Source of the DNA: Candidatus Ryanbacteria bacterium RIFCSPHIGHO2_02_FULL_45_17b
GTDB lineage: Bacteria > Patescibacteriota > Minisyncoccia > Ryanbacterales > 2-02-FULL-48-12
Assembly: GCA_001819815.1 (NCBI GenBank)
Contig: MHNO01000009.1
Span: forward strand, 71,734-135,733
Direction: 5' to 3'
DNA length: 64,000 bases
Part shown: positions 28,604 through 39,361 of the stretch, piece by piece
How the letters are laid out: every line of letters begins with the position of its first letter
How positions within the stretch are numbered: position 1 is the stretch's first letter
Translations under genes and position numbers: made by a program
Notes under the pieces: generated by a model
What the model was told of the DNA's origin: nothing
The model's database searches: none
What the model saw: the letters and a program-made list of their open reading frames with translations, nothing else

Positions 28604-31555
28604 CTAGAAAGTAACAGTCTTTTCCAACATGTTGTTATTTTCATTGGACTCACTAATAACACCATTCGGATCAATGGTTGCCTTAATGTTGTGCGATCCG
28701 GAAAGAATTTGGGGCTGAACAATAGTAACACCGCCTGCCAGACGATAATCTTTAGTCGACCAAGTGCTGACACTGTAGGTCCATTTTAACTGATCGTCTA
28801 TCCAAATATAGAGGTGTCCCGTATCAATAGGCGCATCGGCAACACCTATATTCTGAACTTTAATAGATAATTTGCCACCATCATTATAAATGTCAGAAAC
28901 AGTAAGATCGGGAAGCAGGGTAACAACCGCGTTCGACCGATAGACAACACCCGTCTGTCGATCGTTGATTGTTATGTAGACGGACTGTGGCGGATTGGAC
29001 CCTTGCAAAATGCCGAACCAAATGGTGGTAAGGTCTCGTGCTGATCCTAACGCACAAAAACCATACACATAGGCATTATTTGTAGCATTGTAGATGTTGA
29101 TCCATGTTCGGGAGGAATTGGCATTCAAACCACAAGGAGGTAGATTTGATGCTGACGTAAACATGCTGTCCGAATACGAAGACCAGTTAGTTACCGACAG
29201 GTTATACTTTACATAGGGATTGCCGTCAGAACCGGTATAATTTTGGGTGCCTGTAAAACTAAGTTGCGGGTTAGGAAGGGCTGATATTGTAAACGGCGCG
29301 TCGCTATCGTCATATGCAACATTGAGACCGGTTACTTCAACTATGCGAATTTTGTATGATCCAGTAATAATAGAAGCCTGCCCGTCAGAATATGTGTTTA
29401 CTGTCCAATTATATGATCCTGTATTTGGGACATCTACAACATTGAAAAAAGCACTTGGGATAGCGCCTGGGTTTTGATTTTGGAGCGCTATTGTCACTTT
29501 AGGAATTGAAGGAGAGGCATTCCATCTCACCTGATATGTTTGCCCTTTTTGCAACGTCTCCCCGCCATTGGGAGAAAGAACAGTGATAGAGGGTTGAGCC
29601 GTAGTTGCCGAAACAATACGAAACGGCGCGTCGCTATCGTCATGGACATATTGTTTTTCCGGAGAAATTGGGCAATTTGTATTTGGATTTGGAGCAATAG
29701 TAAAGTCCATACAAAGCATATTTATTTCATTCGGGTTATTTGAGATTCTGATTTTTTTATTTCCCATATGAACTAAATCAGGATAAACAGTAAATTCATT
29801 GCTGGTGCTTGGAAGAAACGACCCTATACCATTCGTAAGTTTATTAGCCTGAGTCCAATTACCATAAGAATCTTGTTCAAGAAAATACAGATAAAGCCGT
29901 GCATTTGGCGTAAAACCTGACAAATTCCATAAAATTTTCTGCGATGTTTTGTTTTGTGTATCAGTACCAACTTGCCATACCTCGCCGCCATTTGGAGAAA
30001 GGACTTGGATTGAAGGGCTAGTTGACGGAGAGCTAGCTACAAATACTTCTTCTGACCAACCACAGCTATTTCCTCCTGATTGCATTTTTCCATCACACAC
30101 AGCCACTTTCCAACTACTACCACTCCTTGCAGGCAAATCGGAATTCGTGACCGTATAATCAAAGTAGTAATTGGTACCGATTGAGGGACCCCCGATATAT
30201 TTGGAATACCCTTCAGTATTGCCTCCACCGCTTAGATAGACAAATGTGTCCGCAGTCGGAGAAAACGGCAACCAACTGATACGATACGTTTTCCCGACAA
30301 CCCACTGATCACCCTGTTTTGGAGAAAGAACTTGGATTGAAGAACTAGTTGTTGGACTACTTACAACAACACTGAACGGCGCGTCACTTACGTCCGAGGG
30401 TCCATCCGCATCAACAATGCGTATTTTATAATTACTTCCTGCTACCACCTTCGTATCCGTTCCTCCACTAAATTGACAGTCACTGCTCACAGAACTCCCA
30501 TCCCAATAAAGTGCTTTTTGAGTGCCAAGATCGAACTTTTTAGAGTAAATACAGCCGACAGTTCTGCCTGTTGATGCGTCTTCCAGATATATATCCATAA
30601 GAGAATCGCCTCCAGACCACCTAATCACATTATCATCTCCCATATAAAATATTTCTCCCCCGTTTGGAGAAAGAACTTGAAGTGTTGGGTTTGTGACTTC
30701 TCCACCCACATTTACAGTCAAACTTGTTTGCGCAGTTTCTACGTTAGTAGGACATGGAGTTGTAATACAACGTATTGTATTTTCGCTCGTGACATAAAAC
30801 GTAATTCTGTATATTCCAGCTTGCGCATAACTATGAGTAAATGTTGAAGTCTGTTGACCCTGAGCATATCCCGGCATACCATTCGCACCACCAGTTCCAA
30901 ATGGAGGCATTTCATCTCCCCAAGTAACCCAATACGAAAGATTCCCTCCATTTTTATCATAGGCTTTTACAACCCAAGTTCCTTGTTGATTAATATCTAA
31001 TGATTGCGGACCACTGACTCCGCTGATGATTGGAGGTCGCATAGATGATACTGGAATAGGTAGTGGTGTTGGCGTACCACACAATCCACGCATTTTTGCC
31101 CGCGTTGCTGGCCCCACTACACCGTAGCCCGTAGTATCAGGAGAACCCGAGGAGACAATACTGTGTTTCTTTTGATACCGCCGTACTGCTTGCTCGGTAA
31201 GCGGACCATAATATCCGGTGATAAGAGCCTCCGGATAGATTTCAGAATCTGCCCCAAGAATTTTTTGCAATTCCGTAACTTGCCCGCCTGTTTCGGCATC
31301 ATCCATGCCAAGATAAAAGTTATAGGTGAAACGCGGGCACAAATTAGATGCCGGGGGCACTACCGGAGAGGAAACCGGCTCTCTGTTTAACTGTTCTTGC
31401 AATGCCGTAATGTGGGCAAGCAAAGTGGTAATTTGCTGTTGAAGTTGTTCAATGGTGTGCGTGTTGGTGTGATCGGCAGATACAAAGGCAAAAGGCGTTA
31501 GTATTACACACGCCAATAAAAATAAAAACGAAATCTTCTTATATATATGTTGCAT
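28604..31555 (-). CDS. Large secreted/surface protein with a peptidoglycan-binding domain, a PKD-like domain, four SPNGGE Ig-like repeats and a CARDB domain
   Basis: Signal peptide; VTELQKIL..TGYYGPLTEQAVRRYQ; VLSPNGGE repeats; LPDL...IDPNGVISESNENNN. Confidence 0.85.
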   Translation of the reverse strand: MQHIYKKISFLFLLACVILTPFAFVSADHTNTHTIEQLQQQITTLLAHITALQEQLNREPVSSPVVPPASNLCPRFTYNFYLGMDDAETGGQVTELQKILGADSEIYPEALITGYYGPLTEQAVRRYQKKHSIVSSGSPDTTGYGVVGPATRAKMRGLCGTPTPLPIPVSSMRPPIISGVSGPQSLDINQQGTWVVKAYDKNGGNLSYWVTWGDEMPPFGTGGANGMPGYAQGQQTSTFTHSYAQAGIYRITFYVTSENTIRCITTPCPTNVETAQTSLTVNVGGEVTNPTLQVLSPNGGEIFYMGDDNVIRWSGGDSLMDIYLEDASTGRTVGCIYSKKFDLGTQKALYWDGSSVSSDCQFSGGTDTKVVAGSNYKIRIVDADGPSDVSDAPFSVVVSSPTTSSSIQVLSPKQGDQWVVGKTYRISWLPFSPTADTFVYLSGGGNTEGYSKYIGGPSIGTNYYFDYTVTNSDLPARSGSSWKVAVCDGKMQSGGNSCGWSEEVFVASSPSTSPSIQVLSPNGGEVWQVGTDTQNKTSQKILWNLSGFTPNARLYLYFLEQDSYGNWTQANKLTNGIGSFLPSTSNEFTVYPDLVHMGNKKIRISNNPNEINMLCMDFTIAPNPNTNCPISPEKQYVHDDSDAPFRIVSATTAQPSITVLSPNGGETLQKGQTYQVRWNASPSIPKVTIALQNQNPGAIPSAFFNVVDVPNTGSYNWTVNTYSDGQASIITGSYKIRIVEVTGLNVAYDDSDAPFTISALPNPQLSFTGTQNYTGSDGNPYVKYNLSVTNWSSYSDSMFTSASNLPPCGLNANSSRTWINIYNATNNAYVYGFCALGSARDLTTIWFGILQGSNPPQSVYITINDRQTGVVYRSNAVVTLLPDLTVSDIYNDGGKLSIKVQNIGVADAPIDTGHLYIWIDDQLKWTYSVSTWSTKDYRLAGGVTIVQPQILSGSHNIKATIDPNGVISESNENNNMLEKTVTF

Positions 31556-31625
31556 ACGACTTCTTTAAGAATAAGTTGTACCTTAACTCTATCATCGATC
31601 AAAATAACATGAAAGATACCTGTTA

Positions 31626-33943
<2,318 letters not shown>

Positions 33944-33966
33944 AACTCTAAACTCTGAAAACTAAT

Positions 33967-34626
33967 TTATGAACCGATAATCTCTGATTTTAATTTTTTT
34001 GCCTCTTCCATAAAAAAAGTTCTCCATTCCCGCGGATCGATTTTTATAATCATGCGGGGAAAATCCTGCACACTCTCCGCTTTTATAAACTGTGTGCCAA
34101 GTTGCAAGGGATCAATATGCCAATCGAATTTTATCTTTGCTTTCTTCATTAATTCATCAATCACATAGTTTTTTTCACGGCAAATGAGATAAAGATCTAT
34201 ATAATCACGCGCAGTTGTTCTTTGATAGATAGTAAAAAGCTTATTGACAGCGATATCAAGAATACTGTCTACTGATACACTATACTCGATTCTTCCTGTT
34301 TCGATGCGTGGAAAAGGATAATACGTAAACTCTGTTTTCAATACCTCATTGCCGAAATGGATAAAAAAGATATTCCTGTTGAAGCTCTGCTGAAAATCGA
34401 TGCTATTGGCGGACACTTTTTTTTGAATCGTCCGCACTGCCACTTCAAGCGCTCCGACATCGTTTATTTCTTGTTCAGAAAAAAAATCAAGGTCTTCCGA
34501 ATAGCGATGCTTCAGGTAAAATGCCGCCAAGGGCGTGCCGCCTGTAAGATAAAAACGTTCTGTAAACAAGGGAGACTCGCCAATCGCGGTTAAAAAAGTA
34601 ATCTGATTCTTAGTGAGAATATCCAT
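33967..34626 (-). CDS. AbiEii/AbiGii-family nucleotidyltransferase toxin
   Basis: FYLTGGTPLA..HRYSEDLDFF, NKL..R..ARDYIDLY. Confidence 0.88.
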   Translation of the reverse strand: MDILTKNQITFLTAIGESPLFTERFYLTGGTPLAAFYLKHRYSEDLDFFSEQEINDVGALEVAVRTIQKKVSANSIDFQQSFNRNIFFIHFGNEVLKTEFTYYPFPRIETGRIEYSVSVDSILDIAVNKLFTIYQRTTARDYIDLYLICREKNYVIDELMKKAKIKFDWHIDPLQLGTQFIKAESVQDFPRMIIKIDPREWRTFFMEEAKKLKSEIIGS

Positions 34627-34822
34627 CGATATCAAGAGCCAATTCTAAATATCTTTTTCGTGGAGGATCGAGATGAAGCGTATCCCAGTATTTTCGCAAT
34701 TGAGCCTCGTTGATTTTCTCGCCGTTCAACCCAAAATTAATCAATTGCTCAAGCCGCCACTTTTCGTGCCCTTCCGGGTCCGATATTTCAAACGATTGTT
34801 CGTCTACAGACCAATTGTACAT
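34610..34822 (-). CDS. Small partner (putative antitoxin) of the AbiEii-like toxin
   Basis: MYNWSVD...WRLEQLINFGL; overlaps the toxin start; TGcTAGTAT 6 nt before ATG. Confidence 0.75.
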   Translation of the reverse strand: MYNWSVDEQSFEISDPEGHEKWRLEQLINFGLNGEKINEAQLRKYWDTLHLDPPRKRYLELALDIDGYSH

Positions 34823-34854
34823 GCTCCCATACTAGCATGTTTCGCTTAATTTTT

Positions 34855-34936
34855 CCAGCTTTTCGCCTTCGTAATCTGCTCGCCTCGCCAAAGCTTCAGC
34901 AAGGACGGGTCCGATGTTCCTTACGCTCTTGATGCG
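34855..34936 (-). pseudogene. Degenerate atpG 5' stub 1 (RIKSVRNIG..QITKA), interrupted by a 31-nt repeat-like insert
   Basis: Minus strand: cgc atc aag agc gta agg aac atc gg[insert 34880-34910]g cag att acg aag gcg. Confidence 0.75.
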
Positions 34937-35024
34937 TCACCACCAAGGAATCAGTAAAAAAAACAAAGCTAGTATCAGATAAAATCCGATCATAATATTT
35001 TCCAATATGTTGTTTTTTTTTGCA

Positions 35025-35696
35025 TTAATCCTTAATTATGGCAATATTTTTTAAGTTTACTATGGAAATTCCGTTCTTCGTTACTGAACCATATCCATGC
35101 AACTTAAACTCCAAGACGCCCACCTTTGCTCTAATATGTGCTATAGGTACTTCTACAGGCAGATACTCGTTCCTGCTAGATACATCTCCACGGAATGTAA
35201 ACAAGAGAGTGTCCTCGAAAGATATGGTTAACCAATCCCCATCTCCCGGTTCTAGAAAATTCATGTCGAACATCAAAAGATCTGCATTTGGATGTATTTG
35301 TATATCAGTTCTTATTCCACTCTCATCTCCCGTTTGAAGAGTCGACAATAGTAAATCCCCTTCAACAGAAGCAACTGGTTTTAATGCTTCAGAAGAAGAA
35401 AAGCTTCTCCATACTATCTTATTTGAGCTCTGATCCTGTGGTTCAGTAGGTTGCTTTGAATTACTAGTCTCTAGAGGTTTTGTATTTGTTTCATCATCGG
35501 CATCTGCCATCATTCCATTATTTTTCTCCTCCATCACATCTTTCATTTGCTCTGCCATGTCAATCGCGGATGTTTCTTCGGTTGTGGGAATAAATTTATC
35601 TTTTATCGGCAACTGTATCTTGAAAACGCCGATGCCTAAAATGGCAATAATGCCGACTACAATGAGAATACCTATAAGACCGAATCCTTTTTGCAT
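35025..35696 (-). CDS. Prepilin-like exported protein, variant B
   Basis: MQKG|FGLIGILIVVGIIAILG class III-like signal; first 59 aa shared with the gene starting at 37634. Confidence 0.8.
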   Translation of the reverse strand: MQKGFGLIGILIVVGIIAILGIGVFKIQLPIKDKFIPTTEETSAIDMAEQMKDVMEEKNNGMMADADDETNTKPLETSNSKQPTEPQDQSSNKIVWRSFSSSEALKPVASVEGDLLLSTLQTGDESGIRTDIQIHPNADLLMFDMNFLEPGDGDWLTISFEDTLLFTFRGDVSSRNEYLPVEVPIAHIRAKVGVLEFKLHGYGSVTKNGISIVNLKNIAIIKD

Positions 35697-35705
35697 GGTA
35701 TGTAA

Positions 35706-36095
35706 TTAGTTTTTAATCTTATCCAATACGAACTCTTTGATGTGTGTTGCAACTTCAAACGCTTTTTGGGCATCTTCCCGGCTAAATTCTATATAATCAT
35801 CCGCGTAACGCGTTTCTGTATAAAACTGATCCAAAAATACTGCGTCTTCATTTAATTGTTCAAATGAATTATCAATAGCAACGCATGCCTTTAGTAAGTT
35901 TTCAATAGCGTGAATCTTACGAACATTCTTTTTGTTATATGCAAGAAACCCTTTGAAATACTTTTCTGCCACTTGTTGCGCGTGAAAACAGATGGTATTT
36001 GGCACGCCATGTTCTTTAAGAAGAATTTCAATGGTTCCCATGTCGTCCTCACCACGCAAAAACCAATCATTTACATATTTAGATATCTCGCTCAT
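35706..36095 (-). CDS. HEPN domain protein
   Basis: CFHAQQVAEKYFKG, KIH, TRY motifs. Confidence 0.9.
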   Translation of the reverse strand: MSEISKYVNDWFLRGEDDMGTIEILLKEHGVPNTICFHAQQVAEKYFKGFLAYNKKNVRKIHAIENLLKACVAIDNSFEQLNEDAVFLDQFYTETRYADDYIEFSREDAQKAFEVATHIKEFVLDKIKN

Positions 36096-36469
36096 GCCGC
36101 CACAAGCTCAGCCGGTTCATGTAACAAAGAAATATGAAAGCCGGGATTCGTATAAAGCGCCTTTCCATTATGCACAATATCTTCGAGAAAAAGATTCCTG
36201 CTTTTATTGATACTCTCTTCTAATTCACGAGGTGTATAGACAAGAACATCTATCGGAACATCGGAAGGATACATCATACTCAAAACATCTCGCTGCCGTT
36301 CGATACGTGGCTTGTTACTTTCCATAACAACGAGTAAATCTATATCGCTATCTTCGTGTGGCTTTCCCCAAGCCCAAGAACCAAAGAGAATTATTTTTTC
36401 CGGCTGATACTCACGAACGATTTTATCCTTTATTCCATTGATTTTTTCCTCAATAACCGTTTTTTCCAT
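36092..36469 (-). CDS. Minimal nucleotidyltransferase (MNT)
   Basis: ILFGSWAWG...DSDIDLLVV; ATGA overlap with the HEPN gene. Confidence 0.92.
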   Translation of the reverse strand: MEKTVIEEKINGIKDKIVREYQPEKIILFGSWAWGKPHEDSDIDLLVVMESNKPRIERQRDVLSMMYPSDVPIDVLVYTPRELEESINKSRNLFLEDIVHNGKALYTNPGFHISLLHEPAELVAA

Positions 36470-36489
36470 ATGAGAATACTATGCTATTT

Positions 36490-36582
36490 TTATCCCAAAA
36501 GAGCAAGTTCCACAACCTTTGTTATCTGCCCGATATTTTTGACACTTCGGAGCCGTTGTTTGATTGTTTGGAGAGATTGCAT
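36490..36582 (-). pseudogene. atpG 5' stub 2 (MQSLQTIKQRLRSVKNIGQITKVVELALLG*)
   Basis: First 22 aa identical to AtpG, with a few synonymous nucleotide changes. Confidence 0.92.
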
Positions 36583-36599
36583 AAATTTACACGTAACTC

Positions 36600-37634
36600 C
36601 TATAAGGAGATCCTCATAAGAGTGCCGTCTGTATATAAAAGAGCGAAACTTGGAAAATAAATAAATTGATGCCAGCCACTTGCAACCCCATCCCACTTTA
36701 GAGCTTCATTTAATCTTGCTCTGAAATCGGAAAAAAGATAATTTCCAAAATTTTCTTTAACTAGACGGCTTGCTGTCTGCCGAACATACCAGCTATAAGT
36801 GTCTGTGCCTGCCTTGAATCCAAAATCAGAGTCTTTGGGTCGATTTGTTTCTATAAATGAGTCACTTTTTTTATCCCATACATACCACTTACCACTTGCA
36901 AAAGCTTCAGGCACAATATGGAATCCCAACCCCCGGGTACCTGGAAATTCTATGTATTCAGTCGTTGTATACACATGCGTGCCGTCGGTCAAAAATTGCC
37001 CCAAACCCTCACTACTATTGTGTTTTATAGAATAGAGTTTCATATTTTTTATATCAAACCGATACACGCCTAAAATACTTGGCTCAGAATACATTTCTCC
37101 TGATTCAGCAGCACCTATAAAGAAGTTTCCTTGGAAATAAACGGCATCAAATTGTTGAAATGCTTCTCTTTTGGGCAACTCGGGTATCTGTATGAGCTGG
37201 AAAGAAAATGTATTTGTATCAAGAAGGTACAAATCTCTACCTACCGCAAGTAATGCCGTATGATCATTATCCCCTGCAAGAACAAGAACTTGCTGTTCTG
37301 AAGACCACGCATTGGGAACCGCGAGAAAACCGGGTGCTTCAGTTCGTGCCCTCCCACCCAACCATTTTTCAGAAGGATCAGATAACATGAACTTAACAAG
37401 ATTATTTCCTGCAACAGAAGGTACATCGGTAACGTCATCAGTACCAACCGCCTGACTATTTTTCTCCTCCATTACGTCTTTCATCTGCTCTGCCATGTCA
37501 ATCGCAGATTTTTCTTCGTTCGTCGGAGTAAATTTATCTTTTATCGGCAACTGTATCTTGAAAACACCGATGCCTAAAATAGCGATAATACCGACTACAA
37601 TGAGTATTCCGATAAGACCGAATCCTTTTTGCAT
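36600..37634 (-). CDS. Prepilin-like exported protein, variant A
   Basis: Same N-terminal 59 aa as the gene starting at 35696; unrelated beta-rich C-terminus. Confidence 0.8.
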   Translation of the reverse strand: MQKGFGLIGILIVVGIIAILGIGVFKIQLPIKDKFTPTNEEKSAIDMAEQMKDVMEEKNSQAVGTDDVTDVPSVAGNNLVKFMLSDPSEKWLGGRARTEAPGFLAVPNAWSSEQQVLVLAGDNDHTALLAVGRDLYLLDTNTFSFQLIQIPELPKREAFQQFDAVYFQGNFFIGAAESGEMYSEPSILGVYRFDIKNMKLYSIKHNSSEGLGQFLTDGTHVYTTTEYIEFPGTRGLGFHIVPEAFASGKWYVWDKKSDSFIETNRPKDSDFGFKAGTDTYSWYVRQTASRLVKENFGNYLFSDFRARLNEALKWDGVASGWHQFIYFPSFALLYTDGTLMRISL

Positions 37635-37678
37635 GGTATATTTTTGCATGTGTTTATATTACCTTTGATAGAATAATT

Positions 37679-38149
37679 TTATTCATCTGAGGATACGGTA
37701 AAAATTGTCTTTTGCACATCGCGGGCATGCGGCGTATTACTACCAAGAAGCGCGCTTTGACGCATCGCTTCTTCAAAAATAACTGTATGGGTATCAAAAA
37801 TGCCTTCTCGCCCAAGTACACGCGGAGCATTCTCACTGTTGAGAAATGCAACAGGTAATCGGAAAGCGTATGATCCCATTTTTACTGGAATTTCGTGACG
37901 CCAAGCGCGAATGCTCTTCCCATCTATGCCAAATATACGCAAGAGCTTTCCTTTTGTAAGATCAATACCAAGAAGAGGCGCAATATTCTTCGGCAGTGCA
38001 GAAATGGTCGCCCCGGAATCAATCAACATCATTACAGGCAATTCTTCCTTTTGCGCGGTATGTAAGACAACCCTCGCCGCGGGGAAAATTGCGATCTGTC
38101 CCGATACTTCCATTGTTATCCCATATGGAAATCGAATGGAGTTAGACAT
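37679..38149 (-). CDS. Retropepsin-like aspartic protease
   Basis: MLIDSGAT catalytic motif and VLGR. Confidence 0.85.
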   Translation of the reverse strand: MSNSIRFPYGITMEVSGQIAIFPAARVVLHTAQKEELPVMMLIDSGATISALPKNIAPLLGIDLTKGKLLRIFGIDGKSIRAWRHEIPVKMGSYAFRLPVAFLNSENAPRVLGREGIFDTHTVIFEEAMRQSALLGSNTPHARDVQKTIFTVSSDE

Positions 38150-38348
38150 GGTAAATGACCATTAAACTCTCCGGGACACGCAGAAATGTTACCTCCCGAA
38201 GCGGTTGCGCCGGCATTTTTTTCTTTAGAATTTTTATGACATCAGGAAGTGATTTGCCCGCAAAAATAACTTTACCATTCAAAATGGCGACCTCTTTACC
38301 GCCATACTTTTTTATGTCTATAGTGGGAATCTTTAATTTCATATTCAT
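38142..38348 (-). CDS. DUF5678-like small protein paired with the protease
   Basis: KKYGGKEVAILNGKVIFAGK; overlaps the protease start. Confidence 0.7.
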   Translation of the reverse strand: MNMKLKIPTIDIKKYGGKEVAILNGKVIFAGKSLPDVIKILKKKMPAQPLREVTFLRVPESLMVIYHV

Positions 38349-38594
38349 ATCATCATCTCTTACTCCTAAAGAGATTATTCTTCGCTTTTCCTATGTCTGT
38401 TTCACTAATCTGCACCCTTTTCCCAATGCCCTTAAGCGAAACAGGAGCTGTCGAAAATTGTTTTGATCCTTTTTTCAATTTCAAAAGTTCCTTTTCTAAC
38501 CCCCCCCAATTTTTCCACATATGTAGTTGTAGAATTTGCCATTGTAGTCATAAGCCCATAGTATGCTTTTCTCACATAGTTTTCAAGTATCACT

Positions 38595-38674
38595 ACCAAT
38601 TCCATGGCTTTTGTTATCTGCCCAATATTTTTGACACTTCGGAGCCGATGTTTAATTGTTTGAAGGGATTGCAT
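38595..38674 (-). pseudogene. atpG 5' stub 3, running in frame into a 39-aa ORF/remnant (38432-38551)
   Basis: MQSLQTIKHRLRSVKNIGQITKAMELV; followed by TTGAAA-17-TACTAT-6nt-ATG 38551. Confidence 0.92.
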
Positions 38675-38714
38675 AATATTTGATTGTTAGGTACTGAAAT
38701 CTAGAAACTAGAAA

Positions 38715-39326
38715 TTAGTTGATGAACTTGAAAGTAGAGAGGATAGTTTGTATCAGCCTTTCCTGCTCTGGATATTCTAAAAAACCCTGATGAGCTCTTA
38801 TTGCTTCGTGACGCGCAGATGAACTATGGGCAAAGTAAATAAAACCGTTATTGTTCGGCTCTTCTAGATAGTAATTTGTAAGAATATCATATTCGTCATA
38901 ATTAATTTTAGAAGTCTTAAATATATTTGATCCAATAGCTAAATCACTTAATGGAGCTGATGTTCCACTCATCGGCCTCTTTGTATGTGGCATTATTACC
39001 ATACGTAAATTATAAATCTTAGCCGCATCTTTATTTATTCTATAAACAGGACTTGCTGTGTCATAAACTATATAATTTGACACGGCGATAAAAGACGAGC
39101 CGTCTTCCAAAACAAACCCCGCGGGATACCTCACCTCAAACCCATACTTCTCATTCCGATATGTTTTCCAGTTTTGTATTTTATCCTGATTATTTGTAGC
39201 AAATTCTAATCTTACATCATTCCATGGGGTATGATTATACCGATAGATTAAATAACCAAGAAAGCTTACAGCTACGACAACAATGACGCAAGATACAATA
39301 AAAATAACACGCAAATATTTATTCAT
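38715..39326 (-). CDS. Membrane-anchored PsbP-related CPR surface protein
   Basis: TM, WKTYRNEKYGFEVRYP motif, C-terminal ILSTFKF; AT-rich. Confidence 0.75.
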   Translation of the reverse strand: MNKYLRVIFIVSCVIVVVAVSFLGYLIYRYNHTPWNDVRLEFATNNQDKIQNWKTYRNEKYGFEVRYPAGFVLEDGSSFIAVSNYIVYDTASPVYRINKDAAKIYNLRMVIMPHTKRPMSGTSAPLSDLAIGSNIFKTSKINYDEYDILTNYYLEEPNNNGFIYFAHSSSARHEAIRAHQGFLEYPEQERLIQTILSTFKFIN

Positions 39327-39361
39327 AACACATTTTAGTCCCACAATTCCACATTCTAGAT

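Noticed and set aside
33967-39326. Classical integron or prophage
   Set aside because: No IntI or other integrase, no attC-like RYYYAAC...GTTRRRY hairpins recognised, and no phage structural genes.
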